DNA of 64,000 nucleotides from Heptranchias perlo (taxonomy: Eukaryota): assembly GCF_035084215.1 (NCBI RefSeq), contig NC_090368.1, positions 3,596,001-3,660,000 of the forward strand. Direction: 5' to 3'. Within the stretch, counting starts at the first letter, position 1. Each line of letters opens with the position of its first letter. Both the position numbers and the translations under genes were made by a program. The notes under the pieces were generated by a model. It was given only the letters and a program-made list of their open reading frames with translations, searched no databases and was not told where the DNA came from. This document shows positions 24,447 to 37,200 of this stretch, in pieces.

Positions 24447-24780
24447 CGTCCCGCTCGTTCGTCCGTCCGTCCGTCGTCGGCCCGCCGCCTTTTCTTACTA
24501 GAAGGTTCTGCACACTCACAGCGGGCCCGCACCCTAACCTGCTGCGCCAACGGACAGCCTGATTGACAGCGCCATCAGCCAATCCCCGGCTCCGATGGCC
24601 GTCGGCGACGCTCACCTTCTACCAATCAGACCCCCCCCCCACGTAAGGCGGGGCTCCAGCTCCGATCACGTTTGGTTGCGCGGCACCGGCCTCGTGCGAA
24701 CCGTTGGTCCTGGAGGGAGCGGTTTCCCGGCAGCCATCGCGGCGCCCCTGCAAGGGACTCTGGGAGTTGTAGTTCAGTGG
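24447..24780 (-). promoter_or_regulatory. CCT3 CpG-island promoter and 5' UTR
   Basis: CpG-rich; HSE-like AGAAGGTTCT 24500-24509; CCAAT boxes near 24579 and 24622; ZNF143-type ACTACAACTCCCA 24761-24773 (-). Confidence 0.7.
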
Positions 24781-26784
24781 CTGGTCTCAGGGGCCAGTAA
24801 TTACCTGGAATTAAAACAGAAAATGCTGGAAAAGTTCAGCAAGTGAGGCAGACATCTGCGGACAAAGAAAAAACGAGTTAACGTTTCAGGTCGAAGTCCT
24901 TTATTTCAGATTTCCAGCATCTGCAGTATTTTTGCATTTGATTCAGTGATTACCTGCGTTTGACAAGTGTTCATCAGCTGGTGTGTTAACCGACTGATGT
25001 CAATGCAGAGAGCAGTGGGTGCTAACATTGGGTTTCCAACATTAGGAAGGAGGTTAAAATTAGCCGGAGTTCTTAATCACTATCACACCTCCCTTACAAA
25101 GTGTCAGCCGTGGCCCAGTGAGTAGCACTCTCGCCTCAAGAGTCAAAAGATTGTGGCATCAAGTCCCCCTCCAGAGACCTGAGCGCAGGCTGGACGCTTC
25201 AAGGCAGCACTGAGGGAGTGCTGCACTGTCTGAGGTGCCGTCTTTCGGCATGAGATGTTAAACCAGGGCCCAGTCGGCCTTCTCAGGTGGACGTAAAAGA
25301 TCCCACGGCATTATTTGGAAGAAGAGCAGGGGAGTTGTGCCCTGGCCAATCTTTAGGAACCGATTATCTAGTCATTTATCTCATTGCTGTTTGTGGGATC
25401 TTGCTGTGCACAAAATTGGCTGCCACGTTGCCTGCATTCTGACAGTGACCACTTCAAAAAGTACATCATTGGCTGTAAAGCGCTTTTGAGACGTCCAGAG
25501 GCACGATATAAATACAAGCTTTGTTTCTAAGATATCACACTGCAATGAAGCCTGAACATTTTCCACTAGGGAGAGATAGGGTAGTTTAGTGCCTGCAATC
25601 CTCCACAACAGTCTCTTGCACTGCCAGCAGAAATTTGCAAAGGGAAACCAGATGTGTTTCCATGAAAAAACAAGATCAGAGTCATGAGGAAATAAAGTAA
25701 CTATTTAAAGTACATTTTCAGAGTATGTAATGTATTTTTTTTACATTATGCTCATAACCAATGCCACAGTAGACAGAAATCTCTACCCATCTCTCCTGAG
25801 GGTATTGACTGTTCACTGCGGTAATAATTTTTTTTAAAAAAGAGGTGGTACCTGCAAGCTGTCAGATTGTTGTAAAATCCCAACTGGTTCATTAATTCCT
25901 TCAGGGTAGGAAACCTGCTGTCCTTACACAGTCTGGGTCTATATAACTCCAGTCCCACCTCAACTCAGTTGACTCTTAACCGCCCTCTTAAGTGGTCTAG
26001 CAAAACCCTCATTGTAACTAGCGATGGGCAGTAAATGCCAGCCTGGTTAGCGATGCCCATATGCCTTGAACAGGGGGGAAAATGCATGGCTCATTGGGCA
26101 TCAATTTCCCTCTAATACCTCACTCGCTTATGCATGTATGAGCCTAAACAATGACTATTGGCAGGCTATTCAACCACATGGGCGTTGCAGCCAGGCCCAA
26201 ATCTGTCCTCAGTGTTAATCAACATGGGTCAATGTAGAATCGGGCTGATTTCTCACCCTCCCCCCCCCTCCCCCAAGCCAATTTATAATACCCCTGTTAC
26301 CATCCTCCAAGCTGAAATTAGTTAACACATCATAAACTGGGGATCAAACCTCCTGGTCTTTCTCAAGCAGCTCAGCCAGGAAAGTGGTGCATTAACCTGT
26401 TTACAAAAGCACACACCAGCTCCTTTTGGGCTACAACTGGGCACAATCAGTAAACTGGGCCACGTCTGCCCTCTCAGGTGGTTGTAAAAAAATCCCACGC
26501 CCACTTCAAAGAGCAGGGGAGTTCTTCCTGGTGTCGTGGCCAACATTTATCCCTCAAACAACACCTAGAACAAGTTATTAGGATGTTTGTGGGACCTTGC
26601 TGCGCACAAGTTTGCTGCCGTGTTTCCTACATTACAACAGTGACTGCACTTCAAAAAAAAGTACTTCATTGGCTGTAAAGCGCTACGGGACATCCTGAGG
26701 CAGTGTAAGGCGCTATATAAATGCAATTTCTTTCTTTAACAATGAAACTGCACATTGGCAAGAAACACAGGAATACAAAGAAGA

Positions 26785-26799
26785 TTTAATTGATTTATT
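26785..26799 (-). terminator. Probable PDIA3-like polyadenylation signals
   Basis: AATAAA (26794-26799) and ATTAAA (26785-26790) on the minus strand, ~1.4 kb after the stop. Confidence 0.45.
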
Positions 26800-28180
26800 G
26801 AAAAAACAATTTCCATTATTCCTATTCAGCACCATTCCATCCCATTGGACATTTTCTGGAGGCAGAATTCCCCCCCCCACAAAAAACACGGTTTCCACAC
26901 GATCCCGACAAGTTGCATTTAATAACCAGGTTACTGTGCAAGAATAACTAGCGTAGTGTTTCGTCAGGGCAAAGGGACGAAGTTTTACATCCACATGGAA
27001 CGGAAACTTGAAATGTTCCCTTGTGCAGGAGCAGATATGCAAAAACTCCTCCCGTTCGCTGGGATCACTTGTGAATGCCATTCCCTGTCAGTAATTCCAT
27101 AGCAGCGCACGTTACAAAAAACGGGGATGGAGCTGTCCGGGAAAACGTGGTAGGGAGTTGGATCCTCCCGACAGGAATTTGGTATTCAATGACAGTCAAA
27201 GTCAACCCGGATGAGTTAAGACAGCAGCAGCACTTTGAAGGGAGGTCGGGGAAAGACAGCACGGAATGAGGCATGCAAGGAAAATACCAGCAGGACCAGA
27301 TGGAACTTGCCCCTCATCAAACTAGAACCTGCAGGCTGCACTGTACAGTTCTAGTAGGAACCGACAGAGTCGAAATGCTGGGAAAGTGAAAGGCAAGAGG
27401 GCGAGGGGTAAAATCCCCCCCCCCCCCCCACCGGAGATGTTCTAAAATGCTGCATCGGTTTTTTAAAAAATACTTCTGTCGTCTTCTTAGGACTCATTTT
27501 AATCTCGAGTACGGTTTGTGTTTTATGAGTGTCAGTGCAAATCGCCCATTGGCCAAGGAGAAATGCTACTCACATGTAGGATACCCCTGCACTGAGGCAA
27601 GACTGGGAAAACACTCCCCTGATTTTATAGCACGTCTGCCAATTAAGTGGCAACCCAGTGGGCAGAAATAGGAGTCGGTCTATTAAGGCAGATCAAATAC
27701 TGCTTTCTAATCATTTATACCTCTGTAAACTGGACCTCCACGAGCCAAAGATGGAAGAGGAAAAGATAAATCGTCAAATGCTGGAAACAGGAAATAAAAA
27801 AAGGTGGGAGGGGAAAACGCTGGAATACGTAAGCAGCTGTCAGCGTCTGAAAGAGGAGAGACAGGGTCATTGGAGTCCAAACTTTCAGCTGCTGACTTTT
27901 GTACTCATTTCCTCTTTTAGGTACAAGACGCAAGATGAGTTGGTGGCAACGTTACGGAAAATCCGCCCGCAGCTAAACGATGGCCGGTTAACCTTAAACA
28001 CTGGGAAGCTGTCACAGATACGGCTAATCTCGGTAAATTATTACGAATGTACTTGCAAAGTGCTAGTCAACCACGCAGCACCTCCAATTTCCAGGTTGCA
28101 ATTTCTCTCCGATCTCATTTTTAAAAAATTAAATGGTTATATTAGTATCGTTGCGTGTTGATCTCGTCTTCCCGTCTCGT

Positions 28181-28282
28181 TCACAGTTCCTTCTCCGCTC
28201 TCGTCTCTTCTCCCTCTGTAACTAGCGGGCTACTTGCTTCCTTCTTCAAGTAGCTCAGGAAATCGCTGACTTCGCGGCCCCC
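28181..28282 (-). CDS. PDIA3: PDIA3-like exon 13 (terminal)
   Basis: [33 protein letters not shown]. Confidence 0.93.
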   Translation of the reverse strand, partial: GGREVSDFLSYLKKEASSPLVTEGEETRAEKEL

Positions 28283-31200
28283 CTGAGAACCAAATAAGAG
28301 GAAGGACAAAGTGATAAAGACCCAAAAGCACCGTCTTCACGCTGCGGCTGCAGTCCCCACAAGCAGTGGTGCAACATCATCCAAGTGTGTGCCCACTAAA
28401 GAAAGGGCTTGATTCATACAGCGCCTTTTCACCACCTCAGGATGCCCCAAAGCGCTTTACAGCCCATGAAGTACTTTTTAAAAGTGTAGTCACCGTTGTA
28501 ATGTAGGAAACGCGGGAGCCAATTCCCACAGTGGGTATCGCTCTCGCCTCGGAGTCAGATTGTTGTGGGTTCAAGTCCCACTCCAGGGACTTGAGCGTAT
28601 AAGCTCGGCCGACACTCCCAGTGCCGTACTGAGGGAGTGCTGCAATGTTGGAGGTGCCGTGTTTCGGACAAGACATTAAATGAGGCCCCGTCTTCCCCCT
28701 CAGGTGGACATAAAAGATCCCACGACACCATTTCAAAGAACAGGAGATTTCTCCCTGGTGTCCTGGCCAATATAAACCTCTCAACTAACATCACTAAAAC
28801 AGATTATCTGTTTGCTGTTAGTGGGACCCTTGCTGTGCGCAAATTGGCTGCCACGTTTCCTACATTACAACAGAGACTACACGTCAAAAAAGTATTTCAT
28901 TGGTTGTAAAGCGCTTTGGGACATCCTGGGGTTGTGAAAGGTGCTGTAGAAATGCAAGTTCTTTCTTTTCTTTCACTGCACAATGGAGTAACAAGAGTAC
29001 AGAGCGAATGCTACGTTGTTGGAGGCATAACCCTTTGGTTGAGATGTTAAACGGAGGTTGCCTCTGCCTGTTCCAGCTACGTGTTGAAGATGCCATGACG
29101 ATCATGCAGTTCTCCCAGTGCCCCAGTTAACATACCGGCCTCATCAACACCCCACCAGGAACAGATTAACTGGTTGTTCTTATTGCCATGTGGGATCTTA
29201 CTGTATGCAAAATGGCTGCTGCATTTGCTTACATAACAATCACTACATCTCAAAGTAATTAACTGCACGGGAAGTATTTTGGAATGTTTGTTGCCCCCAC
29301 CCCCTATTTCCGTAACTTCCTCCAGCCCTACAACCCTCCGAGATCTCTGCTCTCCTCCAATTCTGGCCTCTTGTGCATCCCCCGATTTCCTTCGCTCCAC
29401 CATTGGCGACATGCCTCCAGCTGCCTCGGCCCTAAGCTCTGGAATTCCCTCCCTAAACCTCTCCGCCTCTCCCTCCTCCTTTAAGACCCTCCTTAAAATC
29501 TACCTCTTTGACCAAGCTTTTGGTGGCTTCTCTGTGGCTCAGGGTCAATTTTTGTCTGGTAACGCTCCCGAGAAGCACCTTGCGATGTTTTTAACCACGT
29601 TAACAGCACTATATAAATGCAAGTCTTTCTAACTACACTTTCTACTATCTAGGATTCAGGACAATCTCCGGATTGCAGTGATAACTTTCCCAGCAGCTGG
29701 AAGCTCGGGGGGCGGGGGGAATTTCTCTTCTCCTTTTCTCTCCCCCCCCCCCACAATAAAGTTAAATACTGTACCTCATACTTCTTTGGAGACTGTTTCA
29801 TTCCCGCAGCAACAAAATAAATAGTCGGGAACCTGCAAACAAATTAAGACAGGGATAAATCCACTGAGTATTTTATACATATTCTCTTCAGTTTTGAAGT
29901 CTCCATCCATTCTGCAGAGTAACACAGGGACCAGGTTTCCTAGCTTACTTATAGGAACAGGAGGAGGTCATTCAGCCCCTCGAGCCTGTTCCGCCATTCA
30001 ATTAGATCATGGCTGATCTGTATCCTAACTCCATCTACCCGCCTTGGTTCCGTAACCCTTAATACCCTTACCTAACAATCTCAGTTTTGACATTTTCAAT
30101 TGATCCCCAGCCTCAGCAGCTTTTTGGGGGAGAGTTTTCCAGATTTCCACTCCCCTTTGTGTGAAGAAGTGCTTCCTGACATCACCCCTGAACTGCCTGG
30201 CTCTAATTTTAAGATTATGCCCTCTTTGTTCTGGACTCTACCCACCAGAGGACAGTTTCTCTCTATCTACCCTATCGCATCCCTTTAATCAACTTAAAGA
30301 TCACCCCTTAATCCTCTATACTCGAGGGAATACAAGCCTAGTCTCTGCAACCTGCTATGGGATATTTTTCCCTCTGAAGTTTGAGGGATTAGCAGCAGGA
30401 AGCCTTGCTGATTGCAAGCATAGATTCCTCAGGCCAAATGCATCAGTCCAACTGCCACTGGAGTCGAGATTGGCCAATTCAGCATAGTCTGGGGATCAAA
30501 TGTGAGGGGAGTTTTAGAAAAAAAACCAGTGCAACCTCAACATTGTACAGCTTGCATCTCTGGGCCAACAAGCCAAGTGAACTGCCCGACTTGCTGAGCT
30601 TCTCCAGCATTTTCTGTTCTTAAGCCAAGTGAATTGCTTGTGGAAACAATGGGGAGTCTCAGCGGGTAATGTGTGGATGTCACCCAGCAGTTCCAAGCCC
30701 TCTGGAGACCCTTCCTGAGAATCTACACAGTAAAGAGGGCCAGTCGCACCCAGACCATTTGCCAAGAGTGGAAGCGAGGACAAACTTGGAATGGAATCGC
30801 AAGTTAACAGCAGCCGGCCCAAGTTGGATTAATATGGGATCTTCTCATACATCCTTTATGTGGAGGTATTATAGGATATTGTCATATACCCTTTACCTCA
30901 AATACAAGTTCAAGGACTAGGACAACAGTGAAAAGGTCTGGTTAATACTCTTTATCAAATCAAGTCAATGAGATAATAAAAGCACAACTCCCTACATGCA
31001 GTATATGAGATATAGATACCAATTATACTCACGTACCAAGGACTCAGCAGGAGATCGCAAGTGTGTTGTCTTGACCGCTTACACTAGCCTCAGCAAGACT
31101 AGATGGAAGATCCCCAGGGAGCTCCAGTGTGTTGTATATTTATAGGTTTAATTACATAGGACAAATGTGGGTCCCATATATCACCACATTCTGGGTGTAT

Positions 31201-34200
31201 GCTACTGATACAGCTGCTATCTTATCTGTCCCAATCTTTATTGCAAATGGCCACATCTGTACTGGAGTCCTTTTCTCACACTAAAAGCCTGTCTGGTACA
31301 TCCGAGTGTCTTTCTGAAATGTGTTTTAACCCAACTAGCTCAATATAATATAATGCCAACTAGCTTACTCTATTTAATAATCTATACATGCCTATCCTTA
31401 CTGGCCCTAAAAGCAAGGGAGGCCCATTCTAGCAAGACTACCACACAGGCCCAAGTGCAGAAACAAATTATCTTGACCCACCCCCAAAACAGCAGGATAT
31501 TCCCAGAGTGTTTGCAACCATACCAACAGCCCCAAGGCACTCTCCTGTAGTACCACGGAACAAAACATTTCACAAGTTTAAAGTTATAACGAGCAGCTTG
31601 CTGCGGCAAATGCTACCCAGTGACGTTCTTACCCTCGCACATCATAAACAGAAGGCACGTCATTGGCCGTGGCATCCATCTTGGCAATCACTATATTAGG
31701 ATCACTCCTGACCTGTAACACAAGCAGTTCGAGAGCTGGCGTCAGTGACCTTATGCAGAACATAATCAGTGTTAAAAGTTTTCTCCGACAAGTTTCCAGA
31801 CAGCATTTATAGGCATGATTCCTGGGATGAGGGGGTTGTCCTATGAGGAGAGGTTGAGTAGAATGGGCCTATAGTCTCTGGAGTTTAGAAGACTGAGAGG
31901 TGATCTCATTCAAACGAATAAAATTCTTAGGGGCCCTGACAGGGTAGATGCTGAGAGGCTGTTTCCCCGGGCTGGAGAGTCTGGAACTAGGGGACATAGT
32001 CGCAGGATAAGGGGTCGGCCATTTAGGACTGAGATGAGGAGGAATTTCTTCACTCAGAGGGTTGTGAACGTTTGGAATTCTCTACCCCAGAGGGCTGTGG
32101 ATGCTCAGTCATTGAGTATATTCAAGGCTGAGATCGATAGATTTTTGGACTCTAGGGGAATCAAGGGAAATGGGGATCGGGCAGGAAAGTGGAGCTGAGG
32201 TCGATGATCAGCCATGATCTGATTGAATGATGGAGCAGGCTCGAGGGGCCGAATGTCCGACTCCTGCTCCTAGTTCTTATGTTCAGCAGGTGAACTGGTA
32301 AATTCACTACTCTACTGAGTCAAACAGGGCAAGGTTTAATCTTTGGTTTGTGCCAAGGTACCTGATCTCAGCCAGGGCAACAGTAGGGCCACAATATCTG
32401 GCCTCGTAGGGGGAGGGGGGCTAATTGCCCTCCTCTGTATCCTAGGAAGAGTCACCTTCTTCAGCAGACAATAGGAAGTGAACGAAGGGTAAATTGAGAG
32501 TAAGGCCGTCACTTACCATCTCTCCCAGCTGCTTGTACTTTGGTTCCAGGTTCTTGCAGTGACCGCACCAGGGGGCGTAAAACTCAATCAGGACATCTTT
32601 CGACTCATCATTCACCACCTCATCAAAGTTCTCAGCTACAACCACCTGGACACAAAGGGGGAAAAAAAACCCTGCCGTCAGTGAACGCGCTCTCTCAGGA
32701 ATCACACAGAGCAGAAGGAGGCCATTCGGCCCATCGTGCCTGTGACGGCTCTTTGAAAGCGTGAGCCAATTAGTCCCACTCCCCCCAACTCTTTCCCTGT
32801 AGCCCTGCAAATTCTTCCTTTTCAAGTATATATTTAATTCCCCTTTGAAGATTACTATTGAATCTGCTTCCACCACCCTTTCAAGGGGAGAACAAACTTC
32901 CTACAGCCCAGGCCCAATTTGCACAGCGACAGAAGTACTATTCCCAGGGCGAGTGCACCAAACAACATCAGTCCAGAATTAAAATAAAATGGGAGAATGT
33001 CTCAGCTGAAAAGTGCAGAGAGGAATGTTAGAAGGATACATGGTGTTAGAATGAGTTAGGGTCATTGGCTGTGCGACAAGTTCGATTTCAACAACCTGCA
33101 TTTATATAGCGCCTTTAATGTGGTAAAACATCCCAAGGCGCTTCACAGGAGCGATTATCAAATTAAATCTGGCACCGAGCCGCCGAAAGAGAGATTAGGT
33201 CAGGTGACCAAAGGCTTTGTCAGAGACAGGTTTTAAGGAGGAGAGCAGTGGAAAGGTTTAGGGAGGGAATTCCAGAGCTTAGGCCCTAGGCGACTGAAGG
33301 CACAGCCGCCAGTGGTGGGGCGAGGGAAATCGGGGAATGGACAAGAGGCCAGAATTGGAGGAGCGCAGGGGGGATTGTAGGGCTGGAGGTTACAGAGATA
33401 GGGAGGGGCCATATTGTGATTATCATCTAATCACCACTTCATTCACCTCACCTTCTCCCCATATCCTTTACAACCTTGATGCGGCATATTATATATAAAA
33501 AAGTGTATCCAATTAAAATTGTACATCAGATGCACGCCTGTTACAATTTGGTGTTAAATATTTTACCAGTAACACTCTTTTAGGTAGGGCTTCTCATTGC
33601 TTGGTAGGACCCCCGCCTCGTCTAGTGAATGGAGAGCACCTTGTCTACACCAGTCTGGACCCACCTTGACAGGCCCATCATTCTTCTCGGGAACGGGCTC
33701 AGATTTGAGATAGGGCTTCAACCTCCCATCAAAGTAATCGTGCAGGAAACGTTCGAAGGCTTTCCCGTCACGGCTGAAAGTCAGAAGGAAAGGCCTCATC
33801 AGACGGAGTTACAACGACCCCACACCCTGCCCACAAGCCCCAGAGATATCGTCTGGGGCCCTCATGGACTACCAGAGCTCATGGTCAGCCAAGGACAGGA
33901 ACCAGACTCTGATTACCCATAGTTTACTCTAGTAATTGGGGGGGGGGGGGGGGTGAATTAATTTGGGACGATAATAAAATACATGTGAAGAAACCTAGAA
34001 CACGACTTTACAAAAGCTGAAGATACATGTAGGAGGTCACACTTGGATGGTCCAAAATTCATCTGGTCATAAAGTGGGCCATGACATGCTTGTAACAATT
34101 TGGTGTTAAATGTTTTGCCAGTAACACTTTTAGATAGGGCTTCTCATAGCTTGGTAGGACCCCCGTCTCGTCCTAGGGGAGCTTCACCTCATTCCAACTG

Positions 34201-37200
34201 TAACTCCTCATGCTCAGAAAGCATCAACTCCTTGCTGAATACAAGCTCACGGGCGCTGAGCAGCCACCCAATTACTCATCCACGTGGCCAATCTCAGGCA
34301 TGAGCCTAGACGGTGATCCAGTAACTCCCCGGCACTGGATAGCAATCAGGAGCAGGAACTCCCCTCATTTGACTTTTGCACTCTTCATAGCCCAGGGACA
34401 CACAAGCTGCTGCCACTGAAAAGCAGGGGCAGTGTAAGTGGCGGGGACTGTACTTGTTAATCGTAAACCAGACCGTTTTATAATTGTTGCAGATTTACAA
34501 GGACGATACCAGTGCTGAGAGAGGTTATAACTATCAGGGAAGGCTGAACAGGCTGGGGCTCTTTTCTCTAGAAAAGAGAAGGCTGAGGGGTGACCTGATA
34601 GAGGTCTTCAAGATTATGAAGGGGTTCAACAGGGTAGATGTAGAGAAGATGTTTCCACTTGTGGAGGAGGCCAAAACTGGGGGCCATAAATATAAGATAA
34701 TCACTAATAAATTCAAGAGAAATTTTACCCAGAGAGTGGTGAGAATATGGAACTTGCTACCACATGGAGTGGTTGAGGCGAATAGCAGAGATGGATTTAA
34801 GGGGAAGCTAGATAAGTACATGAGGGAGAAAGGAATAGAAGGATATGGTGATAGGGTGAGATGAAGTAGGGGTGGGAGGAGGCTCACATGGAGCATAAAC
34901 ACCGGCACTAGTCGGGCCGAATGGCCTGTTTCTGTGCTGTGAATTCTATGTAAACCATGTAATGCAAAGTGTAACCTTCCGCTGCTAGAGTGGTGTCCCT
35001 TCATGCTAGCATGTCCAGTTGCTGTTAAGTAAACCCTGGCAAAGTAGACAGATGGAAATCCACAGGTCATTAAAAAGGGGGGGGGGGGGGTGGAGGAGGG
35101 GTCCAAGGTATCAACTTACGTAAATTCCTCGTGCATAACATACTTCTCGCCCTTGACCGTTTTAATTGCCACCACGGGGACCTCTCCAGAGACTTTGTCC
35201 AAACCAAACTCGGACACTTCGTAAGCAAAGTCTCGATGGTTCGCTATCGCAAAACTCAACTTCTTGCCAGCCTCCACGAACTTCTTGGCAATCATCATGA
35301 CCCTGAGACCGGGGGGGTGGGGGGAAAGAGATTTTAAAAATTGCAACTTAATTAAAGATACTTTCTGCACCGTCTCCCTTCACCATTTCCTGAGACAACG
35401 TGAAGCCGTCCCACTCCCACCAGGTTCAGTCGTAACATTTTAAAAGGGAACTGGGTCCATACTTGAAAGGTCACTGTTGTAATGTAGGAAACGTGGCAGC
35501 CAACTTGCACACAGCAAGATCCCGCAAATAGCAATGTGACAATGACCAGATCATCAGTTTTGATGTTGGTTGATGGATAAATATTGGCCCAGGACACCAC
35601 GGAGTACTCCCCTGCTTTTCGAATGGTGCAGAGGGATCTTCTGCATCTAGCCGAGGAGACAGACAGGGCCTGGGTTTAACATCTCATCCGAAAGGCAGCA
35701 CCTCCGACAGTGCAGCGCTCCCTCAGTACTGGCACTGGAATTTCAGCCATGATTTTTGCGTTCGAGTTTCTGGAGTGGGACTTGAACCCACAACCTTCTG
35801 ACTCGGGCGAGAGTCAGAGCCACGGCTAACTTTGCAGAAAGAGCAGGGGGAGTGGGCCTGATTAGATAGCCCTTTCAAAGGGCCGGCACAGGCAGGATGG
35901 GCTGAATGGCCTCCTCCTGTGCTGTCTGATTTTCCAAAATTACTCACTGGGTGCAAGAGCGACACTGGAACGATGTTCCTTCCCTCCTACGCAGAAAGGT
36001 CTAGCCTTCATATCAAATCCCAGCAGAGCTCCAGCACACCACCCCCACTACAATTACCTTTGAAAGTGTTTCTCACTCTCTCTGACGGCAGGTTCAGCCA
36101 GTGAATAGGCAAGACGTGCAGAACACGGCAGTCCAAAGGTTTGCTTCCTGATTTGTGTTCATTCAGCCAAGGCAGCGTTAGGAGGGTGGGGTGGCGATGG
36201 GAGAGACTGCTTCAGTCCACCTGGGCTAACAAAGGGGAGGAAATAAGCCCGGGCCCTCGCTGATCCCAGCAAACCCTGCGGGAAGCGTGTGCACGCACGT
36301 CATCAGGTGCGCACAGGGGCGGTGCAAGGGCTGTGATGCCCCCCACAGTCAAAAAGCCGGCATGATTAGCATTCATTCTGCTCAGACATCCGAGGAGCTG
36401 TACTGCAGGGAGTCAGGAGAGGAGGGGATGGGAGCGGCAAAAACTGGTGATTCAGTTGTTCCTCACCATTTCTCCCCCCTCCTGGGGCTGTGAGATAAAC
36501 AATCTATTCTCTGGCCTCTATATAAAGATTTGAGTGGGGAACTCTCCTGCATTTTCACCCTAGCTGTGGAAAAAAGCCTGATCTCTGCTCTCAACTCAGT
36601 TTTCAATTGCAGGGGGGGATGTCTATTCAACTCCTCTCCTCTTCCCCCTCGAAACACCAACTCCCCGTCAAAAGCTTGCCAAAGGGGTTGCCCCTCACCC
36701 CCTCTCCCCCAGTACCTGTTCCTCCAGTAGTTGGTCCCTTTGGGGTTCTTGTCATAATCCACCTCGTAATACGCAGTCAGCAGATCCTTCCCGCTCATCT
36801 GATCCTTGTTATCGAGGGTCAGGTGGGGACAAATCCCATAGCTACAGGAAACAGGAAGATCAAAGTCTGATCAATACAATACACATCGGCAAATGGCTCC
36901 CCATAACAGGGAAGCACATGTAAAAGCTGCAGTGATTACCTGTGCTGGGGTCCAGTACCGTGGGCACAAGCCGCCCGCCAGCAACTCGTCCACGTGCAGT
37001 GTCTGCAGGTTATTCCATTGCAGGGGACCACAATGGTTGCATCCGATTGTGTCCTCATCTCCCCACCCCCATTCCCAGTGAACTTTCCAAGAGCTGTTGG
37101 ATAGGGCCAAATAAGCAAACCAGAACCGTTTCTGCTTGAAAAAAATCCTTGTCGTTTCCCACCCGAGATTCATAAATATGGAGCTTATCACAATTTTAGA

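Noticed and set aside
24595-26700. Possible TSACC-like gene head-to-head with CCT3, as in human
   Set aside because: No recognisable coding similarity; the region is mostly repeats
27658-28161. 167-aa plus-strand ORF
   Set aside because: Antisense to the PDIA3-like 3' UTR, GTG start, no recognisable homology
30860-31190. Possible solo LTR in PDIA3-like intron 11
   Set aside because: LTR-like composition, but termini and TSD could not be fixed
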